A stretch of DNA of 64,000 bases from Candidatus Melainabacteria bacterium 17Bon1m (GTDB taxonomy: Bacteria; Cyanobacteriota; Vampirovibrionia; Obscuribacterales; Obscuribacteraceae), in NCBI GenBank assembly GCA_032128875.1, contig JAVLKG010000017.1, positions 1 through 64,000 of the forward strand, written 5' to 3'. This document shows, in pieces, positions 29,708 through 39,452 of the stretch. Both the position numbers and the translations under genes were made by a program. The notes below the pieces were generated by a model. That model had not been told where the DNA came from, ran no database searches, and worked only from the letters and a program-made list of their open reading frames with translations. Position 1 is the stretch's first letter. Each line of letters opens with the position of its first letter.

Positions 29708-30622
29708 TTGGTTAACGGTATTCAGGAAGGACAGATGGCAGGCGAAATTATTGGTACAAGCGACGCGCCTCGCTGGTTGCAACGCTTAGGTCACTTCATT
29801 GACCATTTCAATCCAGGTAGATTTTTGCTCTGGAAGATCAATTTTGCAGTCGTGACATACACTGCGATTGTTTGTTTGATTGATAATCACGATATCAAAG
29901 GCACAAAGTTCGTTGAACTGAATGGAGCGATGCTTCTTAGTGCAGTAATTGGGCTTCTTCTCATTTTTCGAAATTCCAGCGCGTATGAGCGCTGGTGGGA
30001 AGCTAGAAAGCTTTGGGGACAGTTGGTAAATGAGAGCCGCAATCTAGCCATTAAAACACGCTGCTATGCTGATTCTTTGAATGATTCGCAACGTCTGGAA
30101 TTTGCTAAACTGATTTCCGGCTTCGCTTTTGCGCTTAAGGAACACCTGCGCTGCCAGCGAGATCCTGGTTTATTGTCTGCACTTTCCATCCCTGATAATG
30201 AGCAACATATTCCCTCGGCGATAGCCCAAGAGGTCTACAAGAAGCTCAAAACATGGAGAAAAGACGGAGTAATCGATCAGTGGGAGCAGCTACAGCTTGA
30301 CCTGCATGCAAAAACTCTCATGGATATTTGTGGCTCTACAGAGCGAATACTGAAGTCGCCTATTGCCGGGTCGTACAAGCTTCTTCTCTGGCTCGGGCTG
30401 CTTTTGAATGTTGCATGTTTGCCATGGTTTTTGGTTCCATCTTTTCACTTCTGGAGCATTCCGATGATGCTTATTTCCTCGTACTTTATTTTCGGTATTG
30501 AATTGCTTGCTGAAGAAGTGGAAAGGCCCTTTGATCCGCTACCAAATGACCTGCCTCTTGAGGCGATTTGCGCAACCATCAAGCAATCGGTAGAAGAGTC
30601 TCTTGAAGTCGTAATTTCGTAG
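29708..30622 (+). CDS. bestrophin family channel (YneE-like)
   Basis: 'FRNSSAYERWWEARKLWGQLVN', 'ERILKSP' and 'PFD..PNDLPL'. Confidence 0.9.
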   Translation: MVNGIQEGQMAGEIIGTSDAPRWLQRLGHFIDHFNPGRFLLWKINFAVVTYTAIVCLIDNHDIKGTKFVELNGAMLLSAVIGLLLIFRNSSAYERWWEARKLWGQLVNESRNLAIKTRCYADSLNDSQRLEFAKLISGFAFALKEHLRCQRDPGLLSALSIPDNEQHIPSAIAQEVYKKLKTWRKDGVIDQWEQLQLDLHAKTLMDICGSTERILKSPIAGSYKLLLWLGLLLNVACLPWFLVPSFHFWSIPMMLISSYFIFGIELLAEEVERPFDPLPNDLPLEAICATIKQSVEESLEVVIS

Positions 30623-30859
30623 TTTTGCTTTTGTGAACACGAATGTCAAAAAAGATTGGCGAATTTTTGATTGCGTTGTTTGCACGAATGTAAAAATTCC
30701 AAGAATAGTGGAGATTTTTGATTGTAGTTTCTTAGCTCTAAATCACAACGAAAACGCGCTTTTGCTGCGCAAATAAGAGACAATGAAAGGGTGATGAAAT
30801 GAAAGAAAATGCGACTCATAGCCGTCATTCGGTCGGCTCGCAATCAGAGGAAATTTTAA

Positions 30860-31744
30860 GTGGCCCACGCACACGATCACGGTCAAGAGCGATCGTCTAA
30901 AAACAAAAAGTCCTTAAGCATCGTTTTTGCTTTTACACTCACTTATTTAATTGCTGAAGTCATCGGTGGCATCATGACAGGAAGCTTGGCTCTGCTTGCC
31001 GATGCAGGACATATGCTTACCGATGTCGCTGGTTTAGGGTTGGCGATTTTTGCAATATGGTTTGCTGAAAAGCCTGCCAATGCGTCAAAAACTTATGGTT
31101 ATTACCGTGTTGAAATTCTGGCTGCTGTTGCCAATTGCATCATCTTGCTTGGAATTTCCGGCTATGTTCTTTATGAGGCATACCAGAGATTTCTGCATCC
31201 GCCTCAGGTTCAGACTACCGGCATGCTCATAGTGGCTGGCATCGGCCTCGTCGTAAATATTGCAGGCATGTTTATGTTGAAAGCCGGTTCAAAAGAGAGC
31301 CTCAACATGAAGGGCGCTTATTTTGAAGTCTTGTCGGACATGATCACATCAATCGGTGTAATCATTGCTGCTTTGATAATGATGACTACAGGTTGGTACT
31401 ACGCCGATCCCATTATTTCTGCCGGAATCGGTCTCTTTATTTTGCCTCGCACCTGGAATTTACTTCTGGAAGCAGTCGGAATTTTGCTCGAAGGAACGCC
31501 TTCTGATATCAACCTGGCAATCCTTCGAGAAGCTGTGAACGCAGTACCCGGCGTCAGAAGCGTGCACGACCTACACGTCTGGAGCCTCACTACCGGCATA
31601 AATGCGGCAAGCATGCATGTGGTCCTGGGCGAGTCTACTTATGACGAAGTGCTTTCTCGTGTTCAGGCTGTCTTAAAAGAACACAAGATTGGCCACTCTA
31701 CTGTGCAAATTGAGCCTGTAGAGTGCAACGACACGCACATTTAG
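30860..31744 (+). CDS. czcD: cation diffusion facilitator (CzcD-like)
   Basis: 'AHAHDH', 'GSLALLADAGHM' and 'HDLHVWS'. Confidence 0.92.
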   Translation: MAHAHDHGQERSSKNKKSLSIVFAFTLTYLIAEVIGGIMTGSLALLADAGHMLTDVAGLGLAIFAIWFAEKPANASKTYGYYRVEILAAVANCIILLGISGYVLYEAYQRFLHPPQVQTTGMLIVAGIGLVVNIAGMFMLKAGSKESLNMKGAYFEVLSDMITSIGVIIAALIMMTTGWYYADPIISAGIGLFILPRTWNLLLEAVGILLEGTPSDINLAILREAVNAVPGVRSVHDLHVWSLTTGINAASMHVVLGESTYDEVLSRVQAVLKEHKIGHSTVQIEPVECNDTHI

Positions 31745-31770
31745 GACAGATACAAGTGCCTTAATCTCTA

Positions 31771-31799
31771 TTGAAAATGGAAACGGTTTTCAGTATGAT
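31771..31799 (+). promoter_or_regulatory. promoter with overlapping Fur-like palindrome
   Basis: TTGAAA-17bp-TATGAT enclosing GAAAATGGAAACGGTTTTC (31773-31791), just upstream of the MerC-like gene. Confidence 0.6.
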
Positions 31800-31805
31800 G
31801 GTTGT

Positions 31806-32228
31806 ATGTTTACAACCTCCAGCAATTGCCTATCTCCTTCGTGCAGCCACAAGCCTGCCGGTATTTGGGATGTTTTTGGGATGTTTGCCGGCCTGATTTG
31901 CCTTGTTCACTGCCTGGTTTTGCCATTTGCTATTGCTGCCTTGCCTGCACTCGGGCTTTTGAATTTGGAAAACGATTACACCCACATTTTGCTTTTCGCA
32001 TGGGTGGCTCTGTTTTCAATCTCTATTTTTCTTGGCTACAAGAAGCATAGACAAACTAGTGTACTGAGCCTGATGTTTCTTGGACTGTGCTTTGTTATGA
32101 CGGCCACTTTCCATCATGCCTTTGGTGTCAGTGAGTCACTGGAAGTGCCCGTAATTTCTATGGGAAATTTGCTCTTGGTGCTCGCTCACTTTATGAACAG
32201 GCGCATATCAAGGCAAATTCAGGCTTAA
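31806..32228 (+). CDS. MerC-domain membrane protein
   Basis: 'ICLVHCLVLP', 'GYKKHR' and 'AHFMN'. Confidence 0.85.
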   Translation: MFTTSSNCLSPSCSHKPAGIWDVFGMFAGLICLVHCLVLPFAIAALPALGLLNLENDYTHILLFAWVALFSISIFLGYKKHRQTSVLSLMFLGLCFVMTATFHHAFGVSESLEVPVISMGNLLLVLAHFMNRRISRQIQA

Positions 32229-33575
32229 TTAAAGCGGGTGTCCAATCGCTTGCTCCAAATCTGTAAGTGATTGCTGATATGTTCTGACTGCGTCCAGGTA
32301 ATTCACCCGTGTTTGCACGTTGGCTTGCTGAGCTGCGATTGTGGATGTGATGTCGTTTTGTCCGAATTCATAGCCACGCTTTGCCATGTTTGCCACTCTC
32401 TCTGATGTGGGAAGAATTTTTTCTTGAAAAAGCTGCAATCTCTCTCTTGCTGCTGACAGCTGCTGATAAGCGGCGATAACCTCTTCTGAAATTACGTTTT
32501 TCATCGATGCCGCTTCTCGCTTGAACTGAATATATGTTGCTTTAAGCCTGGCAATATCCCCTTGTTGAAAGTTGAACACTGGTACCTCTTGCGTCACACC
32601 AACAAACATACCTTTTGTTGGTGGACCTTCAGGTGGATTGCCTGAGTACGAACTGCCGATATTGAGCTGCGTGTTGGGAATGATATTTCCTACTGTATTG
32701 CGCATGCTTGCGGTGTTTACGACCATGCGTTGCTCAACGGCTTTCAAATCAATTCTGTTTTTTAAACCGTCTGCTACCAGTGAATCTAGACTCGGTAACT
32801 CTTTTGAAAAGTCAGGCAGCATCTCATCATTTGCTGCTCTCAGTTGAAACGTAGGCAAATGATTAACATCAACTGGTTTTCTGTAGTCTTTGCCCATAAT
32901 TACGGTAAGTCGCTGACGGCTTTGCTCTAGTCTCTTTAGACTTTGCCGGTAATCCGCTTCTGCTTGCATGCCGGCAAGGCTTGCTCTTTCAACATCGTAT
33001 GCTGCCACATCATCCGCCTCAAAGCGTTTTCTTGCGGTTTTTTCCAGCTCTTTTGAAAGAGTCATGAGAGTGTCTAGCGTTTCTACAGTTTCTTTAGCCA
33101 TTACTACATCGAGATAGGCTCTCCTTACTGTTGCACGCAATTGCCAGAGATTGTTTTGAATCTCAAGGTCTGCAAGTCTTACTTGCTGTTTTGCAAGAAG
33201 CAGTCGGAAAGCTATTTTCCACGGTCCTTCGATAGGCACAGATGCACCGATTTGTCTTGCTCTTTGAGCGGTGTCTTCAAGAAAGAAAAATGACGGATTT
33301 GGAAGCGTTAAAGCCTGTGCAAAAGCTGCTTTTGAAATGCCAAGCTGTGCTCTCAAATGGGCAGCTCTGGGGCTATTTAAAAGAGATTCGTCAAATGCGC
33401 CAGTCAATGTAGTCAGGTCTTGAACAGATGATGGGCTATCCGCTTTTGGAATATTTAAAATGCTGGGTGTTGCCGATGCGGTGTGAGCGCTCGGGCACGA
33501 AACGACATAGGCAGCCAGGCTCACCGCCATAAGTCTTTTGACTCTGCATGTTAGATACATTGTTTTGCCTTCCAT
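32229..33575 (-). CDS. TolC/CzcC family outer-membrane efflux protein
   Basis: OEP repeats 'VRRAYLDV' and 'PVFNFQQGDI'; last gene of an RND operon. Confidence 0.85.
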   Translation of the reverse strand: MEGKTMYLTCRVKRLMAVSLAAYVVSCPSAHTASATPSILNIPKADSPSSVQDLTTLTGAFDESLLNSPRAAHLRAQLGISKAAFAQALTLPNPSFFFLEDTAQRARQIGASVPIEGPWKIAFRLLLAKQQVRLADLEIQNNLWQLRATVRRAYLDVVMAKETVETLDTLMTLSKELEKTARKRFEADDVAAYDVERASLAGMQAEADYRQSLKRLEQSRQRLTVIMGKDYRKPVDVNHLPTFQLRAANDEMLPDFSKELPSLDSLVADGLKNRIDLKAVEQRMVVNTASMRNTVGNIIPNTQLNIGSSYSGNPPEGPPTKGMFVGVTQEVPVFNFQQGDIARLKATYIQFKREAASMKNVISEEVIAAYQQLSAARERLQLFQEKILPTSERVANMAKRGYEFGQNDITSTIAAQQANVQTRVNYLDAVRTYQQSLTDLEQAIGHPL

Positions 33576-34049
33576 CTACTCTTTTGCACCTGCATGTTCT
33601 GTATCGTTTTCAACATGTGGAACAGGATCTCCGCAGTGAAAAGAAAAAATAGGTCGCAATACCGTTTTATCCTTTAGCCGAATATCTGTTTCTACAACGT
33701 AGTCTTCGTCATGTTTGAGATTCAAGGACGCAAAGTATGTTCGTATGTTGGGATCTTGCTTGAATTCGACTTCCGCACTATCTCCATCGCGGGCAACGAG
33801 TCGTGCTCTGATGTGGGCATCGTCTTCAATCTTGTCGCCTTTTCTTATATCGAGATGAATGAATGACTTTCCTTTTGTCGCAAAGCGAGGGTACATAGTC
33901 ATGACATATGGCTTGTGCACGACTTGTAAATCGACGTTGCGAAACCTCTCATCTGATTTCTTCACCTGCGTGCAGCCATAAAAGAAGACAGCAAAGAGCG
34001 TAATCCACAATAATGGAAGTCTTAATTTAGCTATGCGATTCAATCCCAC
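33576..34049 (-). CDS. putative lipoprotein within the RND operon
   Basis: Lipobox-like 'FFYGC'; translationally coupled to its neighbours. Confidence 0.65.
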   Translation of the reverse strand: MGLNRIAKLRLPLLWITLFAVFFYGCTQVKKSDERFRNVDLQVVHKPYVMTMYPRFATKGKSFIHLDIRKGDKIEDDAHIRARLVARDGDSAEVEFKQDPNIRTYFASLNLKHDEDYVVETDIRLKDKTVLRPIFSFHCGDPVPHVENDTEHAGAKE

Positions 34050-34052
34050 ACC

Positions 34053-37000
34053 TCATTTGATAATTGGTTCGCTCGAAGGTTTTTCTTCCAGACGTTTTGC
34101 TCGTCCATGTTTTTCTGATCGTCTGCCTAGTTGCTCAAATACAAGATAGAGATTGGGCAGAAGAAGAAGAGTCAAAAGGCTCGAGGTAATTAAACCTCCG
34201 ATAACCACAGTAGCCAGCGGCCTCTGCACTTCAGCCCCTGCAGAGCTGGAAAATGCCATTGGGAAAAATCCTAAACTAGCAACAAGAGCTGTCATCAAAA
34301 CCGGACGCAATCTGGTCAGCGCTCCTTTTATGACTGCCGCCTCAGAGTCCATCTTTTGCCTCAGTGTGTTGATATAGCTCACCATCACAACTCCGTTTAG
34401 AACAGCTACGCCGGATAACGCAATAAATCCGACTCCAGCTGAAATTGAAAATGGCATGCCTCTAATTGCCAGAGCGAATATTCCACCGACTACCGCAAAA
34501 GGAATGCCGGTGTAGATAAGCAATGCTTGGCTAATGGAGCCGAAAGACATGAATAGAAGAATGAAAATCAGAAGCAGTGCTATAGGCACCACAATTGCAA
34601 GCATTGTCGATGCTCGCTGCAGATTCTCAAATTGACCGCCCCAGGTAATGTAATAACCTTCCGGTAATTTCACTTCTTTGTCGATTCTCTTTTCGGCGTC
34701 TTTGACAAAACTGCCTATATCACGACCTCGCACGTTTAATTCAACGACTATGCGTCGGCGCCTGTCTTCTCGGGATATTTGAGCTGGTCCTTCCTCTACT
34801 CTAATTTTTGCAAGACTTGTAAGCGGAATCATTGCGCCCCCACCTTTAGGAGTTAGGGCCGGACCGGCTACAAGAAGCTTTCTTATCGATTCTAGGTCTC
34901 GTCCTGATTGTTCATTTAGTCGCACGACTATCTCGAAACGTCTCTCTCCTTCGTAAACAATTCCAGCTGGCTGTCCTGCCGTTATTGATTGGACGAGCGT
35001 ATTGACGTCCTCGACGTTAATTCCATATCTAGCAATTGCGTCCCTATCGGCCTCAACTATTAACTGCGGCAGACCGGCTGTCTGCTCGACTTTTACGTCG
35101 GCAGCTCCAGGGACTGTGCCAACGACCTTGCTTATTTTTTCCGCTGTTTCTCTGAGCTTGTCTAAGTCGTCTCCAAAGATTTTGACCGCAATATCCGAAC
35201 GAACGCCGGCAATTAATTCGGCAGTTCTGAGTTCAACTGGCTGAGAGAAGCTGAAGACTGCCTGCGGTACCTTTTCCTCCAGCGCCTTGGCTATTTTGTC
35301 GACTAGCTCTTCCCTATTTTTTGCCGTCGACCATTCTTTTGGTGGCTTCAGTCCTACATAAAGATCGCTGGTATCGACTCCCATTGGATCGGTCGCGACC
35401 TCTGCCCGACCGATTTTGGAGACTACTTTTGTCACCTCTGGAAATGAAGTCAGGACCTTTTCTGCTTGTGTTGTCGTTGCAATCGATTGGCTAAGCGACA
35501 CACTGGGAAGTTGCTGTATCTGCACGGCTAGCGCACCTTCATCTAGTCTAGGAATGAATTCCGCCCCCAGCATTGAAAGCGTGATACCGCTCATCACAAT
35601 CAGGCTGAGCGCTACTGCAAATGTTTGATTGTGATATAGAGACGCAAAATGCAGCGCCTTTTGGTAATAGCCCTTAATCCAATGAACAAGAAAACTTTCC
35701 TTTTCGCTTACCGGTCCGCGCATGATAAGAGTGAGCATCGCCGGTACATACGTCAAAGAAAGAATCAGCGATCCAGCTAATGCAAACACAATAGTCATGG
35801 ACATCGGCTTGAACATTTTGCCTTCAATGCCTGACAGGCTAAAAATCGGCAAGTAGACAATGGCGATGATTATTACAGCAAATACAACAGGGCGCCCGAC
35901 TTCCAAACAAGCATTCAGAATGGTGGTCTTGCTGCCCGGCTTGCGTCCTTTCTCGTTGTCTATACCCAGGCGCCTGACAGTGTTTTCGACCATAACGACC
36001 GCACCGTCTACAATCAGTCCAAAATCCAGTGCACCCAGGCTCATCAAGTTGCCCGACACTTTGAACATATTCATGCATATGGCGGCAAAGAGCATTGATA
36101 GAGGAATGACGCTAGCTACAAGTAATGCACCTCTCCAATTTCCCAGAACAAGAAGAAGCACGAGAATAACTAGGAGTGCACCTTCAACAAGATTTGACTC
36201 GACTGTGTGAATGGTTCTATCGACGAGCTCGGAGCGGTCATAGAAAGGCACCAGTGCCACACCTTTTGGCAAAGTCTTTTGAATTTGTTTGACCTTTTCT
36301 TTGGCTCGCTCGACAACAACCCGGGAATTTTCTCCTTTGAGCATCATCACGATGCCGGCGACAATCTCGCCTTTGCCATCAGCTAGAACAGCACCCTGTC
36401 TTACTTCGGCTCCCGTTACGACTTCTGCAATATCTCTAACGAAAATCGGCACTCCGTCTTTGCCAGACTTAACTACGATGTTGGCAATCTGGCTTGTTGT
36501 CTGCGCTAAACCTATTCCTCTTAAAATGAATTGCTCGCCTGTGTGTTCTAAATATGCACCGCCCACGTTTTCATTATTTGCCATGACTGCCTGGACGACG
36601 TCGCGCAGGGACAGCCCGTAGGAGACAAGTTTTGGCGGGTCGACTCTAACTTGATACTGCTTCTTTTGACCCCCGTAGCTGTTTACTTCAGCTACTCCGG
36701 GAACTCCCATTAGTTGTCGTCTTACTATCCAGTCTTGAATAGTTCGCAAATACTGCGGGTCGTTTTTTACTTCTGCACTTGGTTTGAGTTCATACTGATA
36801 GATTTCTCCAAGACCTGTTGAAATCGGACCCATCTGCGGAGAGCCCAGCGACTCAGGGATTTGCTGTCTGACTTGTGTGAGCCTTTCCAATACAAGTTGT
36901 CTTGCAAAATATGTGTCGACGCTGTCGTCGAACACGATGGTTACAGCCGACAGTCCGAATTTAGAAGACGAGCGAACCTGAGTGACTGAAGGCAACCCGC

Positions 37001-37220
37001 TCATTGCAATTTCAATAGGAAACGTAATTTGTCTTTCTACTTCCAGAGGCGCGAGCGAAGGCGCGGAAGTTAAGACCTGCACCTGAACGTTTGTGATATC
37101 TGGGACAGCATCAATGGGTAAATTCTGTAAGTTGAAAATTCCAGCGGCGACAAGTCCTATCACCACCATAACCACAAGAAGTCTTTGCCTGACTGAGAAG
37201 CTGATCAATGCCTCGATCAT
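34053..37220 (-). CDS. czcA: CusA/CzcA heavy-metal RND efflux transporter
   Basis: 'LPIDAVPDITNVQVQ', 'GALDFGLIVDGAVVMVEN' and 'RLRPVLMTALVA'. Confidence 0.95.
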   Translation of the reverse strand: MIEALISFSVRQRLLVVMVVIGLVAAGIFNLQNLPIDAVPDITNVQVQVLTSAPSLAPLEVERQITFPIEIAMSGLPSVTQVRSSSKFGLSAVTIVFDDSVDTYFARQLVLERLTQVRQQIPESLGSPQMGPISTGLGEIYQYELKPSAEVKNDPQYLRTIQDWIVRRQLMGVPGVAEVNSYGGQKKQYQVRVDPPKLVSYGLSLRDVVQAVMANNENVGGAYLEHTGEQFILRGIGLAQTTSQIANIVVKSGKDGVPIFVRDIAEVVTGAEVRQGAVLADGKGEIVAGIVMMLKGENSRVVVERAKEKVKQIQKTLPKGVALVPFYDRSELVDRTIHTVESNLVEGALLVILVLLLVLGNWRGALLVASVIPLSMLFAAICMNMFKVSGNLMSLGALDFGLIVDGAVVMVENTVRRLGIDNEKGRKPGSKTTILNACLEVGRPVVFAVIIIAIVYLPIFSLSGIEGKMFKPMSMTIVFALAGSLILSLTYVPAMLTLIMRGPVSEKESFLVHWIKGYYQKALHFASLYHNQTFAVALSLIVMSGITLSMLGAEFIPRLDEGALAVQIQQLPSVSLSQSIATTTQAEKVLTSFPEVTKVVSKIGRAEVATDPMGVDTSDLYVGLKPPKEWSTAKNREELVDKIAKALEEKVPQAVFSFSQPVELRTAELIAGVRSDIAVKIFGDDLDKLRETAEKISKVVGTVPGAADVKVEQTAGLPQLIVEADRDAIARYGINVEDVNTLVQSITAGQPAGIVYEGERRFEIVVRLNEQSGRDLESIRKLLVAGPALTPKGGGAMIPLTSLAKIRVEEGPAQISREDRRRRIVVELNVRGRDIGSFVKDAEKRIDKEVKLPEGYYITWGGQFENLQRASTMLAIVVPIALLLIFILLFMSFGSISQALLIYTGIPFAVVGGIFALAIRGMPFSISAGVGFIALSGVAVLNGVVMVSYINTLRQKMDSEAAVIKGALTRLRPVLMTALVASLGFFPMAFSSSAGAEVQRPLATVVIGGLITSSLLTLLLLPNLYLVFEQLGRRSEKHGRAKRLEEKPSSEPIIK

Positions 37221-38602
37221 CAGTCTTCTCCTCCGAGCTGATCTTTTAAGAGCTTGGATTTAAGAACAAATGATCCATTGGCTGCAACCTTTTCGCCAGC
37301 AGATATGCCGCTTGTTACAGGTGTTTGTCCTTCAACGTCCTGCCCTGTCTTTACTGGTCTAACTGAAAATTTTCCTTCTGCATCCTGAACAAAGACGACC
37401 TGTTTGCCTTCAACTGTTTGAACAGCTGTGCTGGGAACGTAAATAGCGTCGTTTAACTTTACTGATTTGCTGAATTCAATTTGTGCAAATGCACCGGTCT
37501 GAATGCGATTGTTAGGGTTGTCGATGATGATCCGTACTCTTGATGTACGCGTGTCTTCGTTTAAGCGAGGGTCGATAAAGCTGACGGTTCCAGCAATAGT
37601 CTTCTCTTGCAGAACAACCTTTGCTTTTGAGCCTATATGCACGCCGGACATCTCACGCTCCGGTACGCTGGCAATCACCCAGAGAGTCGAAGTATTGGCT
37701 ACGGTTAAAAGAGGCTTACCAGCCTCAACTCCTGCTCCAGGGTTCACCAGGCGCTCTATAACAGTGCCATAGATAGGAGAGCGCAATTGAAGCGTTGAAA
37801 TATCATGCTCCTTTTCTTCTGCTTTAGATGACAGCTGAGCATCAATTGCTTTGAGTGCGTCCTTTATGTGTTCTGCTTCTGTCTGAGCAGTGCTTAAATC
37901 GGCTTTAGCTTCTGAAACTTCTCTATTGAGAGTAATATCCTTTTGAAAGTTGTATTCAGCGGTGGCTTTTACAAACTCAGATTCTGCAGACACCAGGTCT
38001 TTTTTTGCAACTAAGCCTTCCGACACCAATTGCTTTGTTCTCTTTTGCGTTGCTATTGCTTCATCGAGAGCTGCTTTAGCTTTTAAAATATTGACTCGAT
38101 TGGCTGCTTGCATGACCCTGTTCAACGTAACTCTGGCAAGGCGAAGCTTTGTTTCGGCTTCATGCAATTTACCGTGCATCTCAGCTACTTGTGGGCTGTC
38201 GATTGAAACGAGAATCATTCCCGGCTTGACGCTGTCCCCAAGAGCTACGTTTACAGATTCCACTCGACCATTGGCAAGCGCGCTTATCTGTTGCATTTGC
38301 TGTTGATTTGGCTCCACTGAGCCTGCTACAGTGAATTTCGAGGAAGGTTTTTCTGTGGTTATGGTGACAACCTCGATAACTCCTTCCTCTTTTTTCATTT
38401 CTACAGAAGAGCGATTTGCCTCAACTTCTTTTTCCGTAGTTTCCTTGTTTGCCAATTCGGCCTTGTTGCCGATGCTGAACCACAAAATGCCGCTCAACGC
38501 CAGCCCGACACCCATGAAGATAGCTGCCACCACCCAACCTTTACGCTGATCGGCTGAATCAATTGATTTATGTGGGACCGAGATTTCTTCTTGCGTAGGC
38601 AT
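37220..38602 (-). CDS. czcB: RND periplasmic adaptor (CzcB-like)
   Basis: N-terminal TM segment, lipoyl/hairpin pattern 'LRSPIYGTVIER' and 'TRTSRVRI'. Confidence 0.9.
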   Translation of the reverse strand: MPTQEEISVPHKSIDSADQRKGWVVAAIFMGVGLALSGILWFSIGNKAELANKETTEKEVEANRSSVEMKKEEGVIEVVTITTEKPSSKFTVAGSVEPNQQQMQQISALANGRVESVNVALGDSVKPGMILVSIDSPQVAEMHGKLHEAETKLRLARVTLNRVMQAANRVNILKAKAALDEAIATQKRTKQLVSEGLVAKKDLVSAESEFVKATAEYNFQKDITLNREVSEAKADLSTAQTEAEHIKDALKAIDAQLSSKAEEKEHDISTLQLRSPIYGTVIERLVNPGAGVEAGKPLLTVANTSTLWVIASVPEREMSGVHIGSKAKVVLQEKTIAGTVSFIDPRLNEDTRTSRVRIIIDNPNNRIQTGAFAQIEFSKSVKLNDAIYVPSTAVQTVEGKQVVFVQDAEGKFSVRPVKTGQDVEGQTPVTSGISAGEKVAANGSFVLKSKLLKDQLGGED

Positions 38603-38626
38603 AATACTGGCTCCTAAATAGGCAAC

Positions 38627-38656
38627 AAAAAAAACGCAATAGCATTAGCTATGGCG
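38627..38656 (-). terminator. intrinsic terminator between the leader ORF and czcB (attenuator candidate)
   Basis: Minus strand CGCCATAGC-TAAT-GCTATTGCG followed by T8. Confidence 0.6.
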
Positions 38657-38677
38657 CTTGCAATTTGCTTTTGTGCC

Positions 38678-39031
38678 TTAAACCAGTAACTTTTGATGCA
38701 AAGAAATTAGATCTTGTGGAGGAGCCTTGTTCAGATATCCATATGAGATATCTCGTTTCGTCAGCCGTGCCGCCTCTCTTACCGCGTGAGGAGCTTCTAC
38801 AACCGGCAGGTCAATGATGGCTATCTCTTCGCCGAAACTTCCCGAGAAATCTAAATCTTGCTTTTCTGCACAGCAGCTTTTAGCGTGACCACAATCCGTG
38901 CATGTGTCCTGGGCGTCTACTGCAGATGCCGCACAGCTCTCACTTTGTGAGGTGCAGGCGCAAGCCATCCAGCTCAGATACGAACAATTGAACGCAAGAA
39001 GAAATAGGAGTGTAATAACTCTGACTAACAT
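38678..39031 (-). CDS. Cys-rich CzcI/DUF2946-like leader protein (KAPP)
   Basis: Signal-like N-terminus (likely start MLVRV at 39031), 'CTDCGHAKSCC' and 'NKAPP'. Confidence 0.75.
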   Translation of the reverse strand: MLVRVITLLFLLAFNCSYLSWMACACTSQSESCAASAVDAQDTCTDCGHAKSCCAEKQDLDFSGSFGEEIAIIDLPVVEAPHAVREAARLTKRDISYGYLNKAPPQDLISLHQKLLV

Positions 39032-39452
39032 TTTCTGCAGGTATATTTTGACATTCGTGTAAAAAGGCAATCGAAAACCGTTTTCGTTTTTGCTTTGCCT
39101 CGTCTGAAACCTTGATGGTAGGCGGCTTTGCAGCCTGAGTCAATTGTATCAGCTTAATGAAAGCTTTCACTTAGCAATGACAGTGGTTGCTTAGAAAAGT
39201 TTCCGTCACTTAGCATGCTTATCCAGCTTTCATCATATGCAGAGCCTTTTTTACTTATGTGCATTAAGACTGCCTTTCATCCATGTGGTTATTACGAAAC
39301 GCCGATTGCTAGTGCAGTGAGCCGGCCCTACGATGAATCCTTGACGCCAGGTGCTTACTAAACTTCCCCTCGAAGTAGATGAACTGCGGGTCACCCCAAG
39401 AACGAAATGACGTTCTCCATTTCACTTTTTAGACTTTCAGGCTCTGACACAT

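Noticed and set aside
39300-39420. c-di-AMP (ydaO) riboswitch upstream of the M15 peptidase
   Set aside because: Only fragments (TTGGGGTGA, GTAGGG) appear, on the wrong strand; the other conserved elements were not found.
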